Positions 50,701 to 58,688 of a stretch of DNA of 64,000 nucleotides are shown here, piece by piece. This DNA comes from an uncultured virus (IMG/VR IMGVR_UViG_3300045902_000304). Its lineage: Duplodnaviria; Heunggongvirae; Uroviricota; Caudoviricetes. The notes below the pieces were generated by a model, which was not told the origin of the DNA, made no database searches, and worked only from the letters and a program-made list of their open reading frames with translations. The stretch lies in the IMG/VR virus record IMGVR_UViG_3300045902_000304, one strand, 5' to 3'. The stretch's first letter is position 1, and each line of letters begins with the position of its first letter. Made by a program: the position numbers and the translations under genes.

Positions 50701-51488
50701 AAATTACGGCTAAATCACAGCTACTTGACGAGGACGACAACGACCCCGCCCAATGGGATACTGTTAAGAAATCAATATGGAAGGAAAAGAACAAGAACCT
50801 TTTCTTTGAGGAGCAGATACCGGGCATTTACTCTATTGCTTTGGATTTGTTCAAGCTATCTGCGCTGGTATATACAAATATGACGGGGAAAAAGCCGCTT
50901 TCTGACGAATATGTATTTTTAAAGGGCGGCACATCTATTATAGCTTCATTTATGGGTTTAGGTACGGCTAAAGAGATAAGCAATGATTTATACAAGCAGA
51001 GTATAAAGGAGGCTGCATTGGCAGAAAAAACAAGTAAAAAAGTATTTGAGCAACACCCAAAAGTATTGATTGAATGGCGAAAGAGTTTAATTGATAGGGG
51101 CCTAAGTAATCAGGAGGTATCCGATTTGGTTTTTATTGAAGAACAGTCAAGGAGACCAAACATGGATGCAAGGAGAACGCTTGTAGATGTATATTTACCT
51201 ACTCCTGAAATGGCAGAAGTATTTGCCAAAGAGTACAGGCTAAGGTTTGAGGAAGCGAAGCAGTTGTTGATGACTTATGACCCGAAGGCATCTCCTGAGA
51301 AAATGTATAGGTATGCGGGTTATTTGAGAGATATTGGTAAGGCATATACACAGAAGGAGCTTGTGTCGGAGGCAAAGCGAGTGGCTAAGGATGCGGCTAA
51401 TGAGGCTATGATAAAGTTTTATCAAGCAGAGATTGCAAAAAACCCTAACTTTGCTAAATCAATGAAAGTAGTAACTATTTTGGAATGA
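41724..51488 (+). CDS. giant polyvalent virion protein (3254 aa) with ADP-ribosyltransferase-like and zincin-like domains
   Basis: FKQWFGDW...DENGEPLVVYHGT...FFFTD...EYIVFSPNQIKSA (ART-PolyVal-like), VYRAVP...WVSFSKEYA, TLFHEDAHG (HExxH), Gly-rich hydrophobic N-region. Confidence 0.8.
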   Translation: MIENEEIIEEDVAQVGEGKAPTSGEDEVLKAKKDLYRALISSPDYGHVFKKHSFESFNNIITNDKEGLKQAINIGVEIGAISDPAKFSTFISGQKVTDIARYSMMPTAEKAKPKAPVQEPAKAPEKKDESSFLEDIWKSIERGWTRGEAIQVAKPSDIFQGKVSDEDLKKIAALNAKIKLYGQTGIEKDFQKQEGLLDTVTDWLKMLPAAGLESYAALIRSGYNEALAGMGIGAGAGALGMGIGAIPMAAMGFGAGLTTAGSFLEFYSSIMESFEDAGYDTSDWKQLKAAQNNPDVLEKARKRAGTRAAVIGIGSAVGAGALSNAKLGKLAIPVDMATEVGIELGAQAAAGDKLNLEDALLETSGQILTPVRYLLSKVPKPQYSVPKNKVETPPSTLGGVAMEDGERVAISPDEAEEFKNTGVVPEEIKISIIADVKDGIDILADPDIDPLYKQMYQAMRDSGELEAELESEVVAGDALEATVNNVINEAAKMGIEMDEGDGLSVVEYMNDKGVSIVEAIEAVAQAKAEEGDTESKTQTEPAASTTSTTESQIEAKKAEIERRRKKDPSLERGVLINFESEKTKEQLANIVNRLNNGTITLAEILDEFSKLPLNTLNEVKEAFRNGTLADKIQFGLDVSEINDLKPKTRSKESIIKAKQKAELDKQKAEEALKNSEYRIVKKRNSITGQVTETKVKRTDEEKAKYEDFHKKALEEANKNIEEYDAELKALEEQQSKLSTESKTTEKAPSSQSETKGTKKAIEAGAKPKAEANDTGVTNVISEPTVQGKTIAEEAVEEVGIQATKEQPKPVKTPAQKPAAKGNEKVLTKEEAEPTKKENEAWDKDVESTAKALENSDSENIAIPFKGKFSDGKEYDVTLSKKQSYKDFSGNEIKGFKGLANSTIPYKLVAEAYHADKKAGKETELTKAVEKLLGKPTETKPQSAPVSEAKTDGGKKPVTKPKAEAKPEGTQETFEKSVDEAIKGTEITQEQGDALKKTKLEQAKAWAKRTGKTVADFFAKFKPTFRKAKSVKGLPQGALFQNEGYLSKSDFNPDGTVKESVLQEIKEERDIIEKIGKAKTFEEFKEMMADFRDGHSAPSKDTRPAEEKLEEGGDFSLREVAQGVHSQPDDYFDPKVGAIYYGYDNKEGMQSYVAINNVVRALKAGKKDVKVKVYRAVPQDIPIDRLIDYDWVSFSKEYAINHGERRFGEGEYKIIEQEVGIDDLWWDGNDINEWGYDTGGTKWYSNAELKEMYENSPYKGKFGKAPNGKKSNLTDEQWITVRTRRFKQWFGDWENDPQNASKVVDENGEPLVVYHGTKADFDVFKSGETKGSPYSDYFDDEFFFTDNYEVAKAYGTETEYDKEKKQKIKKGAEIFKNTSYYKENQKEIYGQSDEYYYKKLITRYDNKLFKKDDLEYISKYIDSIRLKNKETVRVIEAFLNIRHPYNQKGENVGITNKVVYEEDYTDGNIITNADTGAGVANEYIVFSPNQIKSATSNIGTFSEGNPSILFQQQQQTPLGAFTTIDGAQSAWLFDGAKPETLFHEDAHGIKGIIEDIADNALPEYKEQAVADEKTIQEFVGAKDRNWTREQHEKLANAFVKYLNEGKAPTNALAEVFERIKQWLAGVWVNAREMDEIQLTPEVRAVFDRLLGGNIKPQAKAQSKATALESGTEIETLAKGADITQDEARAVLMMFGGSENKGFKKAFKAFMKVPISEIEDYLSEAEAKLAPKLIAYRKQAANKPKSISKKVAETIEKAVSEQPEENRQAYESERDKSKTFEQALKDDVTAFIENGVDAIKNYSKKAIEFITNVAAQVKTLLLAAGVGLTLVALGINGTIDADVIQGIMFIPAFKVLKAPIRRKIQTVVDQSINAGDSSIQTVNKAERELGSPLNAEQVAAIKLYYDKAKRAVPISTQDIANLIGVSNYNKLSNMAAKAAAAGKSAKEIYTEALVKLNNLKVYPSIAKQMALKVAAMATSNRNPNAKNIAQNLKTNQLPAKSRAMYFTDQVKAALKGNKISKANAVKIMTMYKGLVGSTRGLVNALDALQRIMIDSDYLNKLADAKRAYNALKSFNSSKLTYADKQLIQHMPDIYVSAVSDLAKFSNTLTDWMLGKQTGKETVSNAQLEAYMQQMAIETQAVKAAKELRVLEMREEEFQKNLANGNVPPGITTLDQYKNYLQGNPQYLTYQKLNAANKLPAGVTDFDSYVEYKRQEQYDSLKQKGQLPLGVDTYAEYVAYIEGDSDVKHDAQVKGLKEAIDNNAHLSKSIANLKNIDLKYLMPDEVYRVINAINNFLSTGQITDIDGIYAKALARQNMAKLPKVTERIPFIKKMTVNALSRLLGYKSDPANIKRILTGGIDTKIDNNTNQMLRAANAIRDYLNKNKIKDADIVVGNIYGFFAEVSEPFVEKQKSLVDTINYVRRRYEAAINKDSHDSVTWFNHVFQHGVIINAIIDVTESAKAAEKLGLVTATYDSRGYVKSVAAVDGVDMSTLDSKIDAKAKLYYDYTQDILDIYNADFFNEVKKFTNEPLSPIQKYFGRSWIRMDTKVESENFLGSMDNMFSSSDPTKGKLSRSLVDRMRGRVGLGKDGGYYQFNGINTFLDSVFMMQSYINLLPEYTYLQEVVNSKHGIASVFQDARTASAIKEMLASRVGARLDMYNTGVTNRSKSNAVLNFLSTNLVKSVLNRPAQIGKQVTSVMFVAFTASPKVTAKALYIIRQVALAKMLPMVGLPVPKRTKEIMGWFKELRMESTLINRLKPDELEAAAQYKRIKDLASGSTFNTVMDFLEVGRETFNKYTLANVMYPTDNFISSYAKLVGYIDYIEKQTGMPFNFKTKYDSELHQNALQNAEIYMETANSVNTPQDLPIEIKDAKKTAVGRMQYFLSTMTFVTTMQSFVSVKVLFKPGSSPAMKSWAIRNILGTIAGNMAFEMVARAAWPMLKELMWKDDPEDDETKEQNLYDNMYRGVANSTVNLATAIFPIYVNMITKTALGIVEITAKSQLLDEDDNDPAQWDTVKKSIWKEKNKNLFFEEQIPGIYSIALDLFKLSALVYTNMTGKKPLSDEYVFLKGGTSIIASFMGLGTAKEISNDLYKQSIKEAALAEKTSKKVFEQHPKVLIEWRKSLIDRGLSNQEVSDLVFIEEQSRRPNMDARRTLVDVYLPTPEMAEVFAKEYRLRFEEAKQLLMTYDPKASPEKMYRYAGYLRDIGKAYTQKELVSEAKRVAKDAANEAMIKFYQAEIAKNPNFAKSMKVVTILE

Positions 51489-54400
51489 CAACAATCGCTA
51501 TCCATAGAATTAGGAGTGTTGCGCCCGATTTAGACGTATTGGCACTTGCCCCAACACAGGCGAGGTTAGCTAATAATATGCGTTTTAGTGCGAGTGGCGA
51601 AAGTCAAGACCAATGCAGTCAGTTTGTAAAGGGCAATGTATTGATAGATAATCCTGCGATAGACCCGACTGTAAGCATAGTTGTTGGCACTCTTGATGTA
51701 GGCGAGGAGGATAAAATATTTTATGCTGAGTATAGGGAAGTAGGCACACACAGAATTTGGGAGTATAGTTTAACAGGTGGGCATAAGCTATTAGTAGAGG
51801 GTGCTTTTTTTAATTTTAAACAAGGTAAATATCCCGAAAGACCTAACTACATTGAAGAGTATAATGTAGATATGTGCTTTGTATTAGGCAACCTGCTACT
51901 CACAGACAATATAAACCCTAAATGGCACATAGTAGTTGGGGAGATAGACAAGTACCCCAAGATAGCGCAGGAGTGGCATTACACACAAATAAAAAAAAAG
52001 CCGCTATACCCGCTTGAAGTTACCGGGGCTCAGGTTAGGCCTAACGAGTTATCGTTGGACATAAACCCTAATGCCAACACACAGGGTTATCAGTATAGTT
52101 TTTACTACAAATACTTAGGTGGGTGCAGTTCGAGGCTTGCTCCTGCATCTCCATTATTTTTTGGCAAGACGGCTAATTTGGGAATACCATTCCAAGAAAG
52201 AAGATTTTTGCAAAATGGTACAACCACTATACAGAAGATAGTATATTGCTATCGTGCAGGGAATGATGGGGTATGGAAAATACTCAAAGAGGTAGATGTA
52301 AGCGATAAATTATTTTATAGGGTAGAGGACATAGAGACGGCCTCCCAAGTGCCTGTACCGAGCAACATTACTGATTCTGACTATGATTTAGTGCCGTTGG
52401 TTAGCAATACGCACGAGGTGGTAGAGGGCAGGGTTATGGACAGCAACTATGTACTTGATTACGACAATTGGGATAAGCTCAAGATTAAGTCAGTAAATTT
52501 TTTTGTGCCGCAGCAGCCCAATGGCTTGTTTACCAATCGAACATTTTTAGCAGGCGGCAGAAGGTACAGGTTTGGCATAGAGCTATTAGACTTTTATGGC
52601 AGGAAAATAGGGGTGATAGGCGAGAAGATTGTACGCACCCCTGATTATGTACCTTACACAACTCCATTTAAAGATTACGACACATTTGATAAATCCCCTA
52701 TTTTTAATGATTACGCCAACGAATTGCAATACAATGCAGAAGTAGAATTAGAGGGGGAATTGCCGGAATGGGCAGCCTCTGCAAGAATTGTATATAGTAA
52801 ATGTTTAGACATAATAACCTATTACAAAACCAGAGTTTTGCCGCTTTATTGGTATCAGGACACAGATGGCAGCGATGTGCTTCAAGACAGAATAAACGAT
52901 GTTACTAATCCATCTACTCCTTTTGTGCATCCAAGAGTAAGCAGTGAGCTTATATTTAAAGGTGTTGCAATTGTTTTGCTGCAAGGTGAACCTATAAATT
53001 TTACTAATGCAGATAATGCTTATGTTAGATTTAGCGCATGGACTGGAAGAAGAAATTTAGTTAGCTTTAACGTAAAGCCTGAATTTGTTGAGCTAATTAA
53101 AAAAGAAAGAAAAATAGAAAAGCAAATAGGCAACATTATATATGTACCATTTAGCGAAACCGAAAAAGAAAAATTTGAATTTCAGTCGCTGAATGCAGTT
53201 ATAGAAAATAATTCCATAGCATTTCACATGATTACAGGATTTGCAGTAGTTGAATTATATACAAAGCGCAAAGTAGATGATGGAGTATTTTATACTAACA
53301 CAGCGTTTTCACTACCGCAAGACATTAACTTAACATATACCGTATATGGGGATTTATTTATATCGCTGTGGGAAAAGACTATGAATGATTATTCTTTTAT
53401 TCACGCAAGAGACCAAGGTCAAAGCAGTGGTGGCTTAATAACTGTTAAAAATAGGGCGAATTTGAGAAGATTACAAGGCTACTTCACCGCCATGACCCCA
53501 GTGGATATATTTGGGCAGACATGGGATAGCGACATTGGAGAAGCTAACGTTGTTACCCCACAGCAAGAGGCAAAACGCATACCAAGCGATATTATATACA
53601 GCAATCAGGTTATATCTGGGCTAAAGGTAAACAATATCAATCAGTACACGGCTGACAACATCAAGCAACTGCCAACAGAAATGGGGGCAGTAACCAAGCT
53701 GATACGCACAGGCGGTGGTTCATTAGAGCCTGGTGTATTGATAGCGGTGGGCAGATTTCAATGGTGCAGTTTATATCCCGGCAGCAGTCAAATATTTACA
53801 TCTACTGGCGACAGTCTTATTTCTACAACTGACAAGGTATTGCCTACTGTAAGGCTACTTAAAAACACCTTTGGGGTAAGTTCACAGAAAAGTGTGCATA
53901 AAAGCCCGACAGGTCATATATTTGCCTACTCCAACGTAGTTAGAGACCACGTAAGATATACTGAGGGTGGGCTTGATGCTTTGGGCGCTAACAGTGCTTA
54001 TGCTAATGATATTAGGCGCAGGATTGGTGATGGCAAAGGGGTGCAGGGGTACTATGACCAGCTGTATGAAGAGACTGTAATAATTGACAAGTTTGGGCAG
54101 GCTTATTGCTACAACAATAAATATAGGAACTTTGATGGGCGTAGAGATATATCTTTAAACAACAAAGCCCCTGATAGAGTGTGCGCACTAAGCAATCAAA
54201 CATTTTTCTTTATGGACGGGAAGATGTATGTATCGGACATAGATTCTCCTTTACTCACTTTTTTTGGGGAGGAAAAGAGAGCTACTATGCAAATAGTGAC
54301 CAATATAGATGCGAGTTCAATTAAGAATTATCAAGCGATAAGTATTGATGGATATAAGCCTATTGAGACTATATTGCAGACCGATATAGAAGCAGCAAGT

Positions 54401-54610
54401 ACTGTAAACAAATGGATACAGAGAAAGGACACATTTGAGGCAGCTATATTGCGCAATGCGAATAGTCCGGGCGGCTTAAAAAACGGCGGGATATTTGAAG
54501 GCAACATATTAATAAGCACATTTGTATGGCGAAAGGACGACTTTGGCAACAACGAAGATGGTCGTATTAAGATAATCAAAATTTACGGAACTAAAAGTGT
54601 AGTACAATGA
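51485..54610 (+). CDS. putative tail muzzle/stabilisation protein
   Basis: 1041 aa, beta-rich; ARLANNMR start, YQYSFYYKY...SRLAPAS, YRFGIELLDFYGR. Confidence 0.6.
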   Translation: MTTIAIHRIRSVAPDLDVLALAPTQARLANNMRFSASGESQDQCSQFVKGNVLIDNPAIDPTVSIVVGTLDVGEEDKIFYAEYREVGTHRIWEYSLTGGHKLLVEGAFFNFKQGKYPERPNYIEEYNVDMCFVLGNLLLTDNINPKWHIVVGEIDKYPKIAQEWHYTQIKKKPLYPLEVTGAQVRPNELSLDINPNANTQGYQYSFYYKYLGGCSSRLAPASPLFFGKTANLGIPFQERRFLQNGTTTIQKIVYCYRAGNDGVWKILKEVDVSDKLFYRVEDIETASQVPVPSNITDSDYDLVPLVSNTHEVVEGRVMDSNYVLDYDNWDKLKIKSVNFFVPQQPNGLFTNRTFLAGGRRYRFGIELLDFYGRKIGVIGEKIVRTPDYVPYTTPFKDYDTFDKSPIFNDYANELQYNAEVELEGELPEWAASARIVYSKCLDIITYYKTRVLPLYWYQDTDGSDVLQDRINDVTNPSTPFVHPRVSSELIFKGVAIVLLQGEPINFTNADNAYVRFSAWTGRRNLVSFNVKPEFVELIKKERKIEKQIGNIIYVPFSETEKEKFEFQSLNAVIENNSIAFHMITGFAVVELYTKRKVDDGVFYTNTAFSLPQDINLTYTVYGDLFISLWEKTMNDYSFIHARDQGQSSGGLITVKNRANLRRLQGYFTAMTPVDIFGQTWDSDIGEANVVTPQQEAKRIPSDIIYSNQVISGLKVNNINQYTADNIKQLPTEMGAVTKLIRTGGGSLEPGVLIAVGRFQWCSLYPGSSQIFTSTGDSLISTTDKVLPTVRLLKNTFGVSSQKSVHKSPTGHIFAYSNVVRDHVRYTEGGLDALGANSAYANDIRRRIGDGKGVQGYYDQLYEETVIIDKFGQAYCYNNKYRNFDGRRDISLNNKAPDRVCALSNQTFFFMDGKMYVSDIDSPLLTFFGEEKRATMQIVTNIDASSIKNYQAISIDGYKPIETILQTDIEAASTVNKWIQRKDTFEAAILRNANSPGGLKNGGIFEGNILISTFVWRKDDFGNNEDGRIKIIKIYGTKSVVQ

Positions 54611-55287
54611 CACCAGAAATTAAAAGCAGCAATTTACTAACAGCCTTATCGGCGGCTCCTACATTTGGGCCTGCATTTACGGCAATCAATCAAGCAAGGA
54701 TGCAAAAGCAGGTTAGGAAGCTAAAGCCTAATGATTTTATTCCTGAATCATTCAAAGAGATGAAGCGTGCTGCGAGAGGATTGAGCAATGATGCCACTAT
54801 TGCGGGGGAATCAGCGGCAATGGAAGGGCTTGATAGAGATGTTTCTGAAATGACAGGCAGTGCAATGGCTTCTGGGATGGATGCGGCTACTGTGCGGGCG
54901 TTGCTAAAAAATGCCAACACGGTAAGAAGTAGAGGTAGGCAAAAGTTGAGGATGGCAGGAGCAGAAGCGAGAGAACGTAGATTAGGAAATTACATGAACG
55001 TATTGGGCAAAGAGGCACAGCTACAAGACAATGCAAGGAAAGAGATTAGTGGTATGTATAGCGCATTGGAGGGGGCAAAACAAGCAAATGCAGCAAAAGT
55101 TGGGAATAACATTACTGAGGCTGCGTTAATAGCAGCAGGTGCAGGTGCTTTTGGCCCGGGATTAAAAAGTTCAGTGTTGGCTTTAAAAGGCAAAGGAGGT
55201 GCAGGGGCTTATGGTGGTGGGGGTGTAGTCAGTATGCCCAATTATACAGTGCCAGACTTTAAATACGAAAGCAAATACGGGCTATAA
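54607..55287 (+). CDS. putative ejection/pilot protein
   Basis: Ala/Gly-rich helical, 226 aa. Confidence 0.45.
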   Translation: MTPEIKSSNLLTALSAAPTFGPAFTAINQARMQKQVRKLKPNDFIPESFKEMKRAARGLSNDATIAGESAAMEGLDRDVSEMTGSAMASGMDAATVRALLKNANTVRSRGRQKLRMAGAEARERRLGNYMNVLGKEAQLQDNARKEISGMYSALEGAKQANAAKVGNNITEAALIAAGAGAFGPGLKSSVLALKGKGGAGAYGGGGVVSMPNYTVPDFKYESKYGL

Positions 55288-55300
55288 AAGCCAATAAACA

Positions 55301-57541
55301 ATGGAACAACCTGTAAAGAACTTTAACATAGCAGACTTTGACCAAATGCCGAGTACGCAAAAGCTGATGCCGGAAACAGGGAATCAGATTGGGCAGTACA
55401 TAAGCACTTATCATCAAAACTACCTAAACGATGCCATGTTCGATAGGTATAAGATGATACAGAGAAGGTTTGCCATGTTGGGGGTAATTGGAGGTGAGAG
55501 TACCATAAAGAAGTCGCAGAACTTTGACCCTTCGGCACAAATAGCAAATGCCGCAAAAGCAAGAAATGTTATGGGGCTGGAGGACGAGGAAGATTTAATC
55601 TATGTAGGCACTCAAATTATTGAGAGTATCGTAGGTAAAATATCAAAGCAAAAGTATATGCCCAATGTGGCATTTATAGATGCAATGGCAGAGGATGCTA
55701 AAATGGACTATGAGGCAAAGCTGTTTGCATCATTAATGCTATCACAAACAGGTGTAGAGATTGCAAAAATAGCCGAGCAAATAGGCATTACACCGGAAGA
55801 TATACCTATGGATATGACAGACTTTGAGGTGCGCATAGAAAACCCGCCAAAGCTGTATAAGGAAAGCCAATTAGAGATAGGGATTCAAAGTATTCTTTAT
55901 CAAAACAAAATAGAAGATATAAGCTATGAGGTATTATCGGATTTGGCTATTGATGGGATAGGCATTTTACATATCAACAGGTCAATGAATCAGCGCTCAA
56001 TAAGCCGAGTTGACCCGATGAATTTTGGGTGCAGCAACTTCACCGATATAGGGGCTAAGGATATGGCGTTTGCCTATCACATTGACTTAGTAGATATCCC
56101 TAAATTAAAGTACGAGGCACAAGGGCAAATAGACCCCGAAAAATTAAAGCAATTAAAGCCCGAGAAATACGCATATAATTATGGGTGGCTAATGTATGGC
56201 TCAATGCTTAATTCAAGCTTGGTAAGTACCAATTTTGACAATAAAGCAATACGTATAAACTTCCAGATAACTACTAATAGCACCTACTATTTATTAGTAA
56301 TGGAAGATGGACAGATTGTATATTCGGAAGACCCAAAAAGCGGCGGGAAGCCCGTTACTTTTAGAGAGCAATATACAGGCAAGTATATACCACAAATAGG
56401 GGCTACATACGACTATGTGCGAAACAAAAGAATAGCACAGCCAATAACTCCAAACCCGGAAGAATGGTATAAGATTGATGTTACAAAGATATTTGGCGAC
56501 TATGTTGTGCAGACGGTAGGATTAAAAAGTGGTCGTATAGTTTCTTTGCTTGACAAAATAATGCCACATCTAAAAGCCATAAAACAGTCATGGCAAAAAT
56601 ATGTAGAGGCAGTAGATACGTTTATCCCTTTTATTACCGAGATAAACTACAATGCCATAGCTGACAATGTGCTTATAGGCAATGAGACATTAAGCAGAGA
56701 TGCTCTCATAGATTTATTTTTTAGTAAAAAAATAGTCGTTAAGGGTAAGATAGAAACCATAATGCCCGGGGGTAGGAATCAGCAAGCAGACCAAGCGGTT
56801 CAAATTATAGCCAATCAGGGTCAGCAAATGATAACTATGCTAAGGCAGGAGTTGGAAGGGCTTGTGACATTCACTAAAAGTATGGCAGGTACTCCTGATA
56901 TAGTTATGGGTGGTACGCCAAGTCCGTATATGCCGAAGGGTGTGGCTATGATGCAGGCAGAAGGTGCAGACAATAGTATGTATAATATAATATCGGCTAA
57001 TTATAGGATGCACCAGACCCTAATGGAGAACCTAATGTTTGACATGATAGTAAATGGGTATAAGGGGGTATATAGAAACAAGCCAGTTATTATCAATCCT
57101 GACAATTTTAATGCTGTGATAGCCAATTTGTCTGTGGAGTTGTCGCCTACACCAGAGCAGTGGAGCATATTGTTCAATGAGCTTGAACAAGCTAAGGCCA
57201 ACGGAACAGTAGATTTATCTACAATTGCACTCATACAAAGCATGGCCAATGCAAATGGTAATTTGAAACAGGCGCAAATGATGCTTGCGACCATAGAAAA
57301 AAGGAAGCGCATAGAGGCGCAGCAGCAAAGTATAGCATTGCAAAAAGCCAATGGAGAAGAACAGAGGGCAACAGCAGAAATGACCAATGCAATGAAGGTA
57401 GAGCTTGAAAGAGTGAAGGGAGAACAAATGAGGCTTACTAAACTATTGGAGAAGCTATTGGAAGAAAGCAAACAACCGCTAACTTTGCAAAGCGGATTAG
57501 ATATGGTGTCAAAGATTGATACCCCAGAGGAACAACAATAA
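55301..57541 (+). CDS. portal protein
   Basis: 746 aa; LSDLAIDGIG...RVDPMN, C-terminal Gln-rich coiled coil; two genes upstream of capsid. Confidence 0.75.
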   Translation: MEQPVKNFNIADFDQMPSTQKLMPETGNQIGQYISTYHQNYLNDAMFDRYKMIQRRFAMLGVIGGESTIKKSQNFDPSAQIANAAKARNVMGLEDEEDLIYVGTQIIESIVGKISKQKYMPNVAFIDAMAEDAKMDYEAKLFASLMLSQTGVEIAKIAEQIGITPEDIPMDMTDFEVRIENPPKLYKESQLEIGIQSILYQNKIEDISYEVLSDLAIDGIGILHINRSMNQRSISRVDPMNFGCSNFTDIGAKDMAFAYHIDLVDIPKLKYEAQGQIDPEKLKQLKPEKYAYNYGWLMYGSMLNSSLVSTNFDNKAIRINFQITTNSTYYLLVMEDGQIVYSEDPKSGGKPVTFREQYTGKYIPQIGATYDYVRNKRIAQPITPNPEEWYKIDVTKIFGDYVVQTVGLKSGRIVSLLDKIMPHLKAIKQSWQKYVEAVDTFIPFITEINYNAIADNVLIGNETLSRDALIDLFFSKKIVVKGKIETIMPGGRNQQADQAVQIIANQGQQMITMLRQELEGLVTFTKSMAGTPDIVMGGTPSPYMPKGVAMMQAEGADNSMYNIISANYRMHQTLMENLMFDMIVNGYKGVYRNKPVIINPDNFNAVIANLSVELSPTPEQWSILFNELEQAKANGTVDLSTIALIQSMANANGNLKQAQMMLATIEKRKRIEAQQQSIALQKANGEEQRATAEMTNAMKVELERVKGEQMRLTKLLEKLLEESKQPLTLQSGLDMVSKIDTPEEQQ

Positions 57542-57556
57542 TCAAAAAGTATATAT

Positions 57557-58636
57557 ATGGAAACGCAAGATTTAATATTAGCGGCTCGTGATGAGATGCA
57601 AAAGGCATTTCAAGCAGCAGCACCAGCCGAGCCGATAGCACCAGCCGAGCCAGCACCAGCCGAGCCGATAGCACCAGCCGAGCCAGCACCAGCCGAGCCG
57701 ATAGCACCAGCCGAGCCAGCACCTGCCGAGCCGATAGCACCAGCCGAGCCAGCTCCAGCAGAGCCGATAGCACCAGCCGAGCCTATACCAGCCGAGCCAG
57801 TACCTGCATTTACTCTTACCGAAGAAGAAAGGAATCAGATTACAAATTTGCTTGATAAGCTAAGAGACCCTGCACAGGCTATGGAGTATTTTGCCGATAA
57901 AGTGGCCGGCATTGATAATATATCCGTTGAAGATGTTTTGAAGGCAAGGTTTTCACAAAGTAAGTTTGGCTCAAACCCCAAAAACTATGATTTGTGGTTA
58001 AAGGCTAATTATCCCGGTATTGACCTTACCAACGAGATTAATTTCGACTTGGGAGAACAAGAGTACAATAAGCTATTGCTTGAAGTAGAAGCTTACAAAT
58101 CGGAACTTAAGGCCGAGAAACTTAATGCCTTAAAAAGCGAGCTTGAGATATTGCGCAAAGCCGCAGAAGCAATAAAACCCAGCCAACCACAAAACATTAT
58201 TGAAGATGAGGCCATACAAAAAGCAATAATCAAACAGGTCGAAGATGTATTTAATAACTATGTGCCTGAACCTATCGCTGTTAATGTAGAAGGGTTTGTG
58301 CCGATAGATGTTAAATCCGATACGTTTTTGCAGAAGCTTGATGCAGAGATACTCAAATTGAGCCAAGCGGGTCAGATAGCATACGTATCAGATAGCAATG
58401 GCATAATGCACCCTGACATTAAAAGCATTAAGGATAGGCTGTATTTACAGGAAACAATAAAAAGTCTGCAAGCGCAATTGCCTACTCTAAAAAAAGAGGT
58501 AGCCAATCAAGTTATTGCAGATGTTAGCAAGATAGCACAGCCCCCTTCTGCTTCGGCAGCACCAGAACCAGGGGGTAATTCAAATAGCCTTGTTGAATTT
58601 ATGGCTAACAAAGCTATGCTATATGCTAATAGATAA
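57557..58636 (+). CDS. putative scaffolding protein
   Basis: Acidic and helical, between portal and capsid; N-terminal APAEP repeats. Confidence 0.6.
   Translation: METQDLILAARDEMQKAFQAAAPAEPIAPAEPAPAEPIAPAEPAPAEPIAPAEPAPAEPIAPAEPAPAEPIAPAEPIPAEPVPAFTLTEEERNQITNLLDKLRDPAQAMEYFADKVAGIDNISVEDVLKARFSQSKFGSNPKNYDLWLKANYPGIDLTNEINFDLGEQEYNKLLLEVEAYKSELKAEKLNALKSELEILRKAAEAIKPSQPQNIIEDEAIQKAIIKQVEDVFNNYVPEPIAVNVEGFVPIDVKSDTFLQKLDAEILKLSQAGQIAYVSDSNGIMHPDIKSIKDRLYLQETIKSLQAQLPTLKKEVANQVIADVSKIAQPPSASAAPEPGGNSNSLVEFMANKAMLYANR
57620..57805 (+). repeat. 33-bp coding tandem repeat (APAEPIAPAEP)
   Basis: gcaccagccgagccgatagcaccagccgagcca, about five units. Confidence 0.95.
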
Positions 58637-58644
58637 TTTTTTTG

Positions 58645-58652
58645 TATATTTG
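58645..58652 (+). promoter_or_regulatory. Bacteroidota-type -7 promoter box for capsid gene
   Basis: TATATTTG upstream of 58689. Confidence 0.6.
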
Positions 58653-58688
58653 CGGAATTAAACAACCATTATTTTAAAACTTTAAGTT

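Noticed and set aside
57438..57773. Minus-strand ARLVLS repeat ORF
   Set aside because: Antisense of the APAEP repeat.
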